From Tubulanus polymorphus (lineage: Eukaryota; Animalia; Nemertea), in contig NC_134031.1 of assembly GCF_964204645.1 (NCBI RefSeq), positions 15,611,807 to 15,675,806 of the forward strand: a DNA stretch of 64,000 nucleotides. Direction: 5' to 3'. The notes below the pieces were generated by a model. It was not told the DNA's origin and searched no databases. It saw only the letters and a list, made by a program, of their open reading frames with translations. This document shows, piece after piece, positions 49,684-62,600 of this stretch (positions within the stretch are counted from its first letter, which is position 1; each line of letters begins with the position of its first letter). Made by a program: the position numbers and the translations under genes.

Positions 49684-51139
49684 TTATTCTTCACTTTCTT
49701 CTCTCTGCTTTTGTTGCTTCTTGTGGAATTTCTTTCTGAGAAGGGCTAGTGCGTCTTGTACATCTTCATCGTCAGCCGAGGCCTGTAATTCTGATTTTGG
49801 TTTTTCCTCGCTATCTGCTTCCCTCTTTGTTGTACTTGCTTCTCTTTGCTTCTGTTGCTTCTTACGGAATTTCTTTCTGAGAAGGGCTAGTGCGTCTTGT
49901 ACATCTTCATCGTCAGCTGAGGCCTGTAATTCTGATTTGGGTTTTTCCTCGCTATCATCTGCTTCCCTCTTTGTTGTACTTTCTTCTCTTTGCTTTTGTT
50001 GCTTCTTACGGAATTTCTTTCTGAGAAGGGCTAATGCATCTTGTACATCTTCATCGTCAGCCGAGGCCTGTAATTCTGATTTGGGTTTTTCTTCGCTATC
50101 CGCTTCCCTGGCCTGTAATTCCAACTGATTATCTATCCCAGAAACAACCCTTTTCACTTCATCAATAACCTGTCCGACGTCTCGTTCAAGCGGCCCTACA
50201 AAAATCATACGATTATTAAAATATATTTTCCTGATGTTTACAAACCTTCAAACTGATCCATTCTATCATAGACATAAGTTTCGACGTATTTGTCTAACAT
50301 CTGGAAGGGATCTAAATTCATCTTCTACGGAAACGTCCTAGGAACATCATTTTGGAAAAACAAATTTTTCTCTCAACATCTCTCAACATAACCTCAACGC
50401 GAGGCTCATAACCTCCGTCGAGATTTTTATCTCGACATTTACTCAGGTACGATTGATGAAACATTTTGCCGATATTGCGCTGATTTTATACCTAGTTATA
50501 TCTCAACATAAAATGATTTGCGACAAACAAAAATTCAGTATAGTAGTGATTATCATTTGGTTGTTACGTTATTACATTATAACTATTACATAATGGTAAA
50601 AAAGGTAACTAGAAAATGTGTCAAGAATTTATGTCGAGATGATAATTCGACATGAAATCAGCAAAATATTCTATGAATATAGGGTGCAGTCACAGAGCCT
50701 ACAGGCTGTAACAACTTCGGACCAAGCCAAGTGGTGACTGTACCCCGAAAAAAAAGAAAAGATTTATATGATACTGGACGAGATGGATGAAATGAGACAT
50801 GACATGAAGATATTAGTAATAGAGTTTCTTCTTATCAAGCTGACCATCATATTAATCGTAAATTATTTTTGGTTGAGATATATCCCAACCAAAACCAAAA
50901 TTGGATTTTTCGTATATGATGACCCCAGGACGTTTCTTAATCCGTGAATTACATTTTAAAATGCGCTATATCTTTGAAAGATTTTTGACTATCCATAAAA
51001 ATCATACCCTTTGGACCGAGTGCCATTCGATATTGATATTTTGTTTCTTAACTAAATGAGAGACATGTTGAAATGAAATACCTGCGACTGCTGCATAAGT
51101 AGAGACCACTAAAACGAATAGGGCAAAACAAATCTTCAT
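49684..51139 (-). CDS. Secreted multi-repeat peptide precursor B (~189 aa; exons 51139-51082, 50195-49684) with three 45-48-aa units; paralog of A
   Basis: Signal peptide MKICFALFVLVVSTYAAVA, same 58-nt exon and phase-1 intron as A, pro-region ending ELQAR, unit EADSEEKPKSELQASADDEDVQDALALLRKKFRKKQQKQREESTTKR; 3' flank homologous to A. Confidence 0.88.
50325..50945. mobile_element. Degenerate fold-back/MITE in the intron of precursor B
   Basis: Outer inverted gaaacgtcct.gg..catcat / atgatga.cc.aggacgtttc and inner tctcgacat / atgtcgaga; accounts for most of the intron-size difference versus gene A (886 vs 195 bp). Confidence 0.55.
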
Positions 51140-53439
51140 ATTGCTAATTCAAAAATTCAATGATTCCTAAAAAAAACAACGATGCCTTTACATTGACTTA
51201 AGTATGAATTACGTGAAGATATCGACCGCAATTCGATTGAAAATACACGATTCCAAATTAACGTGGCAATTTACTTTTAAATAACTATGAATGAATCAAC
51301 TTACATATGTTGATGTTGAACTGCAGACACTCTCGTGAGATGTGGTGAACGCGAAACACCGTTATTGCCCTTGTACGGGATAAACAGGATAATTTGTAAG
51401 TAATCATGCGTCGATAAACATTCCTAGTTAACTATGGTAAATGAGCGCTATCATAAAAAATTTTCGGCCAGATAAACCCGCACATAAGATCGGTAAACCA
51501 GAGTGCTGTAACCATTTTTACCATCGGATTTAAATGCGCTTTTTCACTAGTTTGGAATGATTCCATTTATTTGAAAAAAAATTGTTTTTTAGGTTTAATT
51601 CGTCGGTAAACTTCAATCGTGTTGAAACCCTTTCTGATAGATCATAGTGTCTATATAGATGGCGCATTCCTCTTTCGAGGAATGTCGTATTCAGACACGC
51701 ATTATGCTGTTCGAAAAAATTCCATTCAAATTCAATAAATAAGATAAAGTTTCATCTAAGTTTGGAATTGCTATCGATGTTTCTTCATAATTGTCTTCTA
51801 CAGCGATAGTTATGTCAATACCGTTTATAGTATGGCAACAGTTTTGGAATAAGTGTATAATTAATCGTTCTTATTTTCATTATCTGTTTAACATAGCAGA
51901 GACATCATGACCTCACGCGGAATATTTAACTGCAAATGTTGTTTTGTTATATGTGCATCATTGTATGACAGTATTTGGAGAGCGTTTAATTACGCAAAAA
52001 CGGTACGTGTTGGCAATTATCGCGAAAGTTCTAACCGCAGTATAAGTGAGCACCATTTTCGTTGACCCGAATTGCGGACGCACTAGATACGCTAAAAGCA
52101 TGTTGATCTCATAGTGTTTATCTCGTCCATTAGTCCTTAAATGCAACAAACGAAAGAAAATAACTCGAAAAAAGTTTTAGTTTTGGTTTTAGTTTTATCT
52201 TCATTTTAATAAACAACATCGTCAACTGATCGATCAACTCCGTCACTTTCTTGAACAGAACATTCTTCTCAGTATTTTTGACACACTAAACATCGACTCA
52301 AAATATCTTTTTTCTTCTTCGTGGCGACAAAAACCTCAACTTTGAACAAAATTCTGAACTGATTTCAAATGCTGCCAATTTCATTCGGAAAAAAAATGTG
52401 AATGATATGTAATAAATATATACCCTGTCCCTGTTCCTTGAAACATGAGCACAGAACAACCTTCTTAACGCGTAACTAACACGACTAACTAGCTCGCCGT
52501 TGTATCTAAATATATATTTCAAATATCGCGCCAAAATATCATGTAAAACTATCTTTGCTAGTGTATATACTGTATTCTTGCATTGGTATATTTGAAAATA
52601 AAATCTAATATGGCAAAAAATGATCTATGTATTTGTTTGCGTCGGGATTATGAGTAGAACCAGAATCGGTTGTCGGGGTACGGTCGCACAAGTGCTCGAG
52701 ACAGATACATTGCTGCGTGAACTTGTTTCGTCGGAGACCAAATTGAACATTACACTTTTTAGCTTCAAACGCCTGATAGATGGCACCGGTGTTTTTCTGA
52801 AATCGTAGTTGAATATCCTGAAATGAACATAGTTAGGAATAGTACCGCGATTGACTTACGTACACGTGTGGTAAAGATTAAGCAAAACCAAGAAAAAACA
52901 CACTGTGGAATTTAAGAAAGAAAATCGTTTTCCGCACGGATCAGATTATCATAATTTCGTTATGCCTCTGCATTTCAGATCCAATTCTCAACCTCAATGT
53001 GACGTGACTGGCTAAAATGAGAAGTTCAAAGACACTTCAGTCTCGTCTATTCATTCATGGTTTATTATAGATTTTTATCGTGATTAAACAAGCGTCCTAT
53101 GCATGAACAAGTCTCGATCGTCTCATTTTTAACAATAAATCTACACAGGCGAACTGATCGTACATGAGAGCGCATAGCCCGTGAAATTACCTTATAAGGG
53201 CATAGAAAACCGGATTGGGGTCAATATCGCGTTTCGCAGTACTGTTAAAACATAGTCACGAAACACAATACTTCTAATAGAATTATAAACGGAATGTTTA
53301 TGAAACGCCCCCTGTTTTTGTCGTTGAGGTCACATGATTGAAACCGCAATACCACGTGACTGCCGAAGATTCAAGTATTTGTGAAGTTTAAAGTCGTAAA
53401 TAAGCCTGTAATCATGAAGCATATGTTAGTTAACCTACC

Positions 53440-53820
53440 AACGGGTTTACGTTCGGCACATCCGATTTAGATCCTCTAATCACGCACTTCCTATTGAATC
53501 TGGTACCAAAACATACCAAGGGACGATCGCTTATGTACCAAATGTAACCTAAACAAAATTGGCGACGAATTCCATTTTGTTTTTGAATGCAATTACTTTT
53601 CGGATTTGCGTAATTTGTATACACTCTAATTTTTCTCACAGTAAACCCAACTATTCACTAATGTAGTAAATCAGTCAATTCAACCAATAGAAATGTGTTA
53701 AGAAAACTTGCAGTTTATGTTAAGATACCGTACAGGAGTTTGTAAACTGTATATTATTTTTATGTATTTACTTTTGTTTGTGGGCTCGAAAAATGTTGTG
53801 TAATTTGATGCAATAAAGAA
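53440..53820 (+). mobile_element. Decayed LINE 3' fragment (C-terminal zinc-knuckle region)
   Basis: RFRSSNHALPIESG...CTKCNLNKIGDEFHFV.EC pattern across frameshifts, then AATAAA. Confidence 0.75.
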
Positions 53821-54619
53821 TAGTCTAATCTACTAATTATACAGCTTAATTTTAAGTTATCACCGATAAGGCGAGATTAAGGCGAAGATGTTTCTTTGTA
53901 TAATGCATGATACCGATATAATGTCGTGAATGTTATTTTTGGTCAGAAAACACCAACAAGTCGAAGTATAGCAGCAAGACGACTCCTACCAAAACACAAC
54001 GCATGACGTTTCACGATACTCTCGTATATTTTAAGTAATATTCCAGCGCAACAAGTTGTCATAGAATGAGCTGTAAGCAGTATCATGGTCGTTTGGGTTA
54101 TATCCGGAATGTCATGATACCACGACTTGAATACTAATTAGATTCTAGTTCACCAATTGATGCTTTTAATCTCAAAACCTATTTGTTCATCGAGGCTTTG
54201 AATCAACTCGTTTTAGTTTTCTCTCTTCTCGTTTTTTATATATGAAATAAAAACCGACGAACATAATTTGTATGGCTTTTAAGCCGCTGAATAAATTATT
54301 ATTATCATTATTATGAAACATGAAATACCAATACTGACTGCCCACAGTCATTCAAACAAACATTGAATACAATTTAACAATAATAAACAGTCCTATATTT
54401 TGCAATTGCGGTAATTCCTGAAAAATAGGATTTACCTTTGGCAGGCATTAGCACGAAGCTATTCCAACCAACCTTGAACTCTTCGGTGGCCTGAGAAAGT
54501 TTATGGATATGAATGAATGAATTTTGCCTAGACGTAAACAAAATTTGTAACAAAGAGTTCAAACAACGGTAGAAATTTTGACGGTTACCTTTAATTAACC
54601 TTTGACGGTACTTATTCTT

Positions 54620-55995
54620 GGTGGACAGAGCTTTTCAAATTGTGCACAAACCCTGAACTCTATACTGCAATCGGATCTAAATAAGATCTTTGACTGGTCG
54701 CAAACATGGTGCCTATCGTTTAAACCCTCGAAAAGCGTCAATATGATTTTTAGTAAGAAAGGCTCTAAAAAGTTTGCCGCGCTGACGTTGGGAAACGAAG
54801 TCATTCCCAGCAAAAAAAAACCCACAAACATTTAGGATTCATCTTTGACGAGAACCTCTCGTTTAATGATCATGTGGAGTCTCTGGCAAATAAGGTGTAA
54901 AAATTAATAAATCCACTGAAGCACTTATCCCGGTTTGTTACAACCCATCATCTCAATAAGATTTACTCGTCCTTCATTAGTCCTCATTTCGACTATAGAG
55001 ACATCTTGTACAACAGTGCAAGTAGAGCCTCCCTCGCAAAACTGGACCGAGTCCACTACTCAGCAGCTCTTTGCGTTTGCGGGTGTATCCGTGGCTCGAA
55101 TTCTAGCAAAGTCTTTTCTTGTCTCAACTGGAAAACACTAGATACTCGTATGAAAGAACGACTTCAAACATATATGTACCGAGTCTCATCAGGAAATATC
55201 CCCACTTATGTCTCTACTATCTTTAATACGCACAGATCAGTTCGACCTCGCTTCATCAGAAATCCTCGACCCTTCACCATACCAGCCGGCACTAGTGCGA
55301 AAACTCGTTCGTCCCCCTCCTTTTTTCTCATGGACACCTGTAACAACACCGACAATAATCTTCGCTCGCCGACTACGCTTTCTTTATTCAAGTCTCGTAT
55401 CAAACATCAAGTTTCGACTGCTGTCCCAACCTACTTGATTAAGGACATAAACCGTGAGGAAGAAATTTCACTTTCTCAACCGATTACGCGCCGACCTCCT
55501 TTTAAAATCTCAATTTTATGTTCACAACTTTATCAATGTCCGTAATCCTACATGCAACTTATGTAACAAACCAGCTAACACTAAACACTTTATGCTTAAA
55601 TGCCAGTCACCTGGCCACAAAACAAAAATCGACAATAAAGTAACTGATAACATCTCAAATCTCACTGAAACCAATAAGATAAACTTCTAACTTAACGGCA
55701 ACATCTCCCTTTTCGACCTTCATACTAACACTCAAATGCTTAAAAATGTTTCAAAATTTATTCTCAGTATTTAATTATTCTCAATTCCAACATTAGACTC
55801 CTACAAATGTACAGTATCTGCTCTGTTAGCCATTTCATATAAAACCAACCATCATGTAACATTTCCAAATCTATGTCTGGTTTACGCCGAATTTGTAACT
55901 TGTAAATGTTTAACTTAACCTTTTTGCCTATAATGTACTTGTACCCTGGCACTGGTATTTACATAATAATGTATATTAATATTCGTGATAAACAT
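54620..55995 (+). mobile_element. 5'-truncated CR1/L2-superfamily LINE (RT C-terminus to 3' UTR), disrupted
   Basis: LQSDLNKIFDWSQTWCLSFKPSKS, KHLGFIFDENLSFNDHV, IYSSFISPHFDY, LNWKTLDTR, CNLCNKPANTKHFMLKC; internal stop and frameshifts. Confidence 0.88.
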
Positions 55996-58900
55996 CTTTA
56001 TAAATCTGAACTCTGAAGTATTGCGCAAAAAATGTTGTCAAGACGTTAACAAAATTTCTAAGAGTCTTAACAAGTAATTAGCGAAATTCGAACTAACTGC
56101 GTAAAAATTTAATATCCTATTTGCAAAAGAGAGCATTTTCTTCCACTATTTGAACTAGCAATTTATTTGGATTGTCGATTTTTATTTGAACAGCATAATA
56201 TTCGTATACCCAACGTAGTGCTGGCTTGTCGAGAAACTTAAAAGACATTCCTTCGTTTGTAATGATATAAAAAACGCCTTCGAGTTTCATTGTTTAGGTT
56301 AAACAGTCGACAATGGGAAAAATTCTTTCTTTCGTCGGTAGTTAGAACGACTCGAGATAATAATGGCTATGCATAAGTGTACACGTAGGTATTATATGTA
56401 TAACAGAAAGTTCGATAATTCGTAGAAATCCAGACATAGCGCCCCGACGACGAAGTGACTTAGACATAATGTCAATTTGAAAGATCATATTAATTTGCTT
56501 TCGTGATTTCAACTGTGTCTACTGTGAGACGTGTATGATATCAGGTCGTAGCTATGCCCATTTTCGTCACATGTCAATAGCTTCTAGTCCGTTATCTTTA
56601 TCTTTCTTTTCCGAGGGCTGCTTTCCTATGTAAGGTAACGTTAGCTTCAAAGCAGTCCACCCCTCATTTAGTCCCACGACCACGAAGCCGAAAAGTTGAA
56701 ATAAAGAAACCTTTAATCGGTTTGTAAAAATCCAACTGTAATCCTTGGTAATGGTTTTTTATGAAAACTGAAAACTCGAATTTTTTATGAATAAATTCTG
56801 ACGTTTCTATTTTTCGACCTTTCGGCTTCGTGATTGTGGCCCTTATATATTGAACTTTCATTCGCGACTTATTGCGTAGTTTTACATCGTCAGTCCTTCC
56901 TTTAATAATCATTACATCTTTAATGTCTACACTGTTTATTCATGAATGTTTGTAAACATTTTGGATGAAAATGAATTACACACAGACATGTACAATTTCG
57001 AATTTGGTGTAATGCTTTTCTGGGATTCTTCTTAGATAGCCTTTGATGATAAGAAAATCCATCAGCAGATGCAGATAGAGGTGATGGAGATAAAGATGTT
57101 TTAACGAAAAATATGTTACCCTATTGATGGAATCGATTGCTCAGACCAAGGGGCTACCGTGAAAACCTTCCTACCACGCGCACTGTGCAACATCGGGATG
57201 TCGCCATATCTTTTCACTAATTCTTAAAGTCATAATGCATCATTTGTTGCCTACGGCTTCAAATTGACAAATTACCCCATCGATAACACGCCAGAAGAAA
57301 AAGAATTTCGATAAGCGGGATTACGATGATATTTGCCCATTCCCACCGCGGTCTAGCAGCCGGAGCCCGACGGTATAAGTTAATTACCTGGCAAACGTCG
57401 AAACGGTGCGTGAGCCGAATAGATAAACCGCTGATGGTGCTTGCGCAACGGAAATACATAAAATACACATGCAATGACAACAGAAACGACGCCTCCAGCG
57501 GGAGATAGATCTTGTTCGCCGCAAAAAGATGTTCGCGGAAATGGTTCAGCCGAATTAAAAGAACTTTAACTAGGACTCGTATCTAAAAAAGACTCCCAAC
57601 CGAAATGCAACTATTCTATGTCCGAAGATATACTCAGACAGCATATGTATATATGTAAGATATATTTCGATGCCTAGTTGATGGAATCCGATCCGATGAC
57701 AGGATGGTGGATGGCTCTTATGAATAAACAATGAATAGTGCTGTCGGTGCATGCATAATAGTAAGTTCTGTATCGCAGAAAATTCTGGAAATCCGAGAAG
57801 GAACTTAGAATATATGCATTTACGACATATGTTTGTATAATTGCACCAAATGTACATATTAGAATCTCGGAGCAAGATTGACAAATTAGGTGCAAAACAT
57901 ACATTTACGGTAACATTATTAAAACTGATGAAATTAGAAGCTTGGATTTTGAATTGCTATCAAACTACAATTAGGGAGAGTTGCTGTCCAGTAACCAGTA
58001 CTACTGGGATAATGTACGTGACCTTCTTATAGTACATGCACCCTCGAATAATTAAGCTCTCTGATCAATTTACTATTGAATGCAACATAAATAACGTAAT
58101 CTAAAGTATCCGGGGTTTGAGCACCATATTACTTTATATGCGACCCTTCTATGAAAGAATAATGGCTGCCGCCGTATCCAAATTCTTTCAATACGTCAAC
58201 AAATGTATACTCTGTTGGTTTTCCGTTGACATGTCACTGTTTAATTCGGTTGACGAACAAAACCTAGAATTGAAGAAACGTAAGTTGATTTTAACGTTTC
58301 GACTCAATTCTATGAGCTATTTTCAAAAATCGAAAGGGCTCGAACGGCTCATAGATTTTGAGTGGAAACGTTACCATCTTGCTTAAATTTGCTCTTCTAT
58401 TGCGGGCTTTATTCGCAAAATTACTCTGGTACTTCTGGTAAGACATTCTGTCGAATTATTTCAGTTCATTTCAAGTGTATGCAATATCGCGCACAGAAAT
58501 TCCCTAGTTCGGTTTACCAGGGCATCAACATCCGATAAAAAGACGCTTTTAGCTTTTTATCAAAATATTTGCGACTGTTTGACACCTCGTCGCGCCGCAG
58601 ATAAGTATGTTTTTCTAGCCAGCTATGCCTGTTCAATCTGTCACCTACCGAGGGTGATTTTTCAAAAAGGACTCCTGTCCTTGAACATCGGAACCTTTAT
58701 GTTTGTGTGTACACACGTCTCGTGATAAAACAACACACTATTTACCATGTCAAACAAGAGTCTACCGATTGCGAATACGTTTTGAAGAAGTCGGGCTATT
58801 AATTTTCAATAATCTGAAGTTCATTTCACGGTTATGAATCATCATTAAGTTCTCTGCAAATGAGAGAGGTTTTTTTAGATTCTATTATTTTGCATCTCGT

Positions 58901-59513
58901 CTCGCGCGGCTGTCGGAATAAATTCGACGATAAATCAATTTACAAACGTGAAGCTGCGACGCCGTTCACAAGGTAGGCAATTTATGCCGCAACCTGGCTG
59001 CGGTTTCCATGGTTACCGGCGTCTCTGGTGTGCTGTTGTGTCTGTGTACACCAAAGACAATCTGCCTCAGCAACCGGTTGCCGCTCTCAAGATGGCCGGA
59101 TAAGTCTGCAATTCTAAATCTTTTAGGATGAAATAAAGAATCCTCGTACCCAGCCATCTATTTCGTTAACACATTCAGGCCCTTTAGCGGTCTTTTTGCA
59201 TACCTAACTTATTTCTACAGATGATATATCGATGTATAATATTTTCGCTTGTTGCGGCGCAGACTAATGTGTAATGGCCGTCTGAATTCTGTCATTAAAT
59301 CATCTCCTGTTTGAGATCGATGATTGTGGCCGACACGCCGATGCAGGCGCGCTGAGAGACGCGACGTTCATTTCATTATCGAAAAATTCATAATTCCCAT
59401 ATGCCTCGGTCGGATACGAATAAATAACATGTATATTCTTACCAATAGTCATATTTCCAATGGAAAAGAATAAATGCAAGGATACGATTTAGAAACCGAG
59501 CCTTATAAGTAGA

Positions 59514-59665
59514 GGGGCCAGTTTCATAGTCAGGGGCCGGTTGCATTGCCGTGGCTTAGACTTAAGACCAGTCTAAGACGAACTTAGTTCTATGGCCAAT
59601 CTAACAACTTAAGACCAGTCTTAAGATTTAAGATTATTTTGGACTTAAGTCACGACTGTGCAACA
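59514..59665. mobile_element. PIF/Harbinger-like MITE, reverse-oriented relative of 4877-5011
   Basis: GGGGCC(A/G)GTT starts, shared gaacttagttc, tctaacaactta and ggacttaa internal sequence. Confidence 0.6.
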
Positions 59666-62600
59666 AGACGATTTTAAGACCACCTTAGTTATATGGCTCT
59701 ATGGTTTAGTTTTCTTAGTTCTTCTTAGTTCTAGTTGTAAGAACCTTTTTCGACGTAAGACCATAATTTTGGACCTTGGTCTCGACTGCGCAAATGACCA
59801 CTGTTCGTTAAATGCTTCGTTGCCAATTCCGTCACCACGCTCCCCTCCTCGCTCCAGTTGGGTTACCCCTTCCCCGCATAAACCGACGGGCTGTGAAATA
59901 TTTGCCTTTCCCGTTTGAAAAAACCTCCCATGAAGGAGGTATATCACGCCTAACTGATTTCAATAATGCGATCATTTATCACCGAGTATCGTATTCTGGC
60001 TGATGCGGCCGCCGACTTGCCATTCATCGCGAACCCATTAATTCTTCAGGTCAACACACCGGCCTCCTGTCATGTCGATACTGATTCAAAGACAGTCGCC
60101 AGTTACCCTGGGCGACCTATTTCAAGAGCAGGTAATAATTCATGACGTCACCGTATCTGACGGAATATACGCAAGAAGCAGCTGAGCAGCCAGACGCGGT
60201 AGAATGTACTTCAATACGCAATATATATGCATTTAGTGTGTCTCGAAGCTGGGACTTAATTAGTCTGTCATGCATATGTAATCTGCACCGTGTCAATTGC
60301 AGATGCTATCATTAAGAATAGTCATTTAGAGTGTACGATGTCCACGGGTCAAAGAGATATAAATTGGTAATGACCAACTATGGCTTTAAGTCATATATGT
60401 AACGACTGCATTCGCCGAAAAGATGGATATTGCTAGAAGTGCTGAAGCGAAGGTCGCCATAAAACGGCGACGTTTAAATCACATTAGAGATCATACAGTA
60501 ATTGAAAATTACAGTTCAAATGCAATAAGCTAATCTATAGAAGTAGACTTCATACGACAAACATCAATTACTGAATTAGTGCCTGTTACCATACGAGTTA
60601 GCGTGGAAATATATGAATGCAATAACGCGTTGAGGACTTTCGGCTTTGGGTCTGAAAATGGTTGAATCGTTCACACGTCCATCGAGAGACTATAGATATG
60701 TAAAACATCTATATCAATTCGATCAAGTGCTTTTGAATGTGCGTAAACGTATCTTATCTTTATTGTACATTTTCGATCAAAAAATAATTTCTTAAATTTT
60801 CGAATCGCTGAAAGAATGCAATTTACTATAAGTTGTCTTATTTTTAACGGTGTCTCTGCCGACATGAGACGACGTGTGTACAATCGACCAACCGTTTTCT
60901 CTAGGCTCGAAAATAGATTTGAAGGACCCTCGATTCTCGTTTTCACCCGCTGTTTACTATAGACGGTGCGTGGAAAATGTTTCGGTGAAGGACCCCTGCG
61001 TTATATACCGTCTACGCGGTCCGGGTCAGGAGCGGGGAAAAAATGCGCCGCGTTCGAATCGTGTGAGAAAATGCTCGCGAAGAACGAATGTCGGAACACA
61101 AATACGTTAAGCGAGAACATTTCAATGCATGTATGTCAAGTTTTTTACTTGTTTTATTCAAGTCAAATACTAGAAAGTGAATTTCTAAATGCCGATACCG
61201 TATTCTCACGTATATGACGTATGTATGAAATAATGAATGGATATCCGGCCCTCGAGTCCTATATACTGATACTCTATACGTGGGCCTTGCGTACGTAGGC
61301 GAAAACCGCAAGACAGTGCGTTACTATGGTGAATTTATCAATGTATGAAATTCGGAAAGAAAATCAACTAAATAAAACATGAAATTTCTTTCCAAATTTA
61401 GTTTAGGCCTAATCACAGTCAAATCTCTTGATTGTAGTGTTTTCTATTTTGTTCTTAATGTACATTCTACGAGCCCGTTGTAACGCCATGGCGTAATAAA
61501 GGAAAATGTTTTCACTGAATTTGAGTGAGATAAGACATATTTTGTTCTCAGAAAAATGTTGGCTTCAAGACAGTACTGAACGCCAGCCGATGGCGGCGTT
61601 TATAACGGGCTTTGACTGTAGACGTTTCGTTGAGAAAATCACTCATTTCGAATTACTAAGAAATTAATCGAAAAAGCAATTGTTCCTGCATTATTTTCAA
61701 TTTGTTTACGGGTATGTGAGTCATGTTGTCATGAGTCGAGCGGTGTAGGCGTAGTTGCAGTTGTCTATATAGTCGCAGTTGTAGAAATTGGTTCGGATTC
61801 GTTTCGTATTGGTGCGTTCACGAGATACACAATATTTTCGTTACACGAGTACCCTCAAACATTCGGAAAAAAATTGGTTATCACTTGAATTTGACACCTA
61901 TGCCACGTTTATATCAATATTTCGCGGTGTGAATCCCTCCCGTATATAGCGTTATCGCTGCTGGATCGACCGACCCGGTAAAAACAAGGGTTCTTTTTGG
62001 TGCACGGTTTTTCACAAAGACTTAACGCAACAACAAAGTTATTATTAAACTTATCGCCGTGTAAGTCATTACTGATAACATTGAAAATTTCACATACACA
62101 TTCACCTATAAAAATCTTCCCAGACAGCTCTAAATAGTGAGGGCTTTATTGAAAAACGCCCGTATAGTAATTTTGAGCACTCTCCATTCTGAACATCGCC
62201 GTCTTTGCGTTGAAGCGGGCTAGTCTTACAGACATTTTCCTACTAGATGGTCAAAAAGGCAATTATAGATAGAAATAGGGAGCTGTATATTTTCATAAAA
62301 GGATTTCAGTGGGAACTTCCTTTTATATTTCAACTAATTCGAATATAATTTACTATAAACTCACATCCAAGCGCAGTAGGCCTTTTACTATACAAAGCGC
62401 GTTTGATCGAAATTTAGACTAGCGAACACGCTGTGACCCGCTGTTGTCTTTTCGGAAAAGATTTATTTTTTTCTTTCATTTTCGGTTCTTTCGGATTTCA
62501 TTATATAGAGGTACACGTTTAACACGTATGGCGGCCATCTTGATTAGAAAGGCACTAGATATGTTAAAGATAAAACTAGTTCGCATAGGTTCATTCTTTT

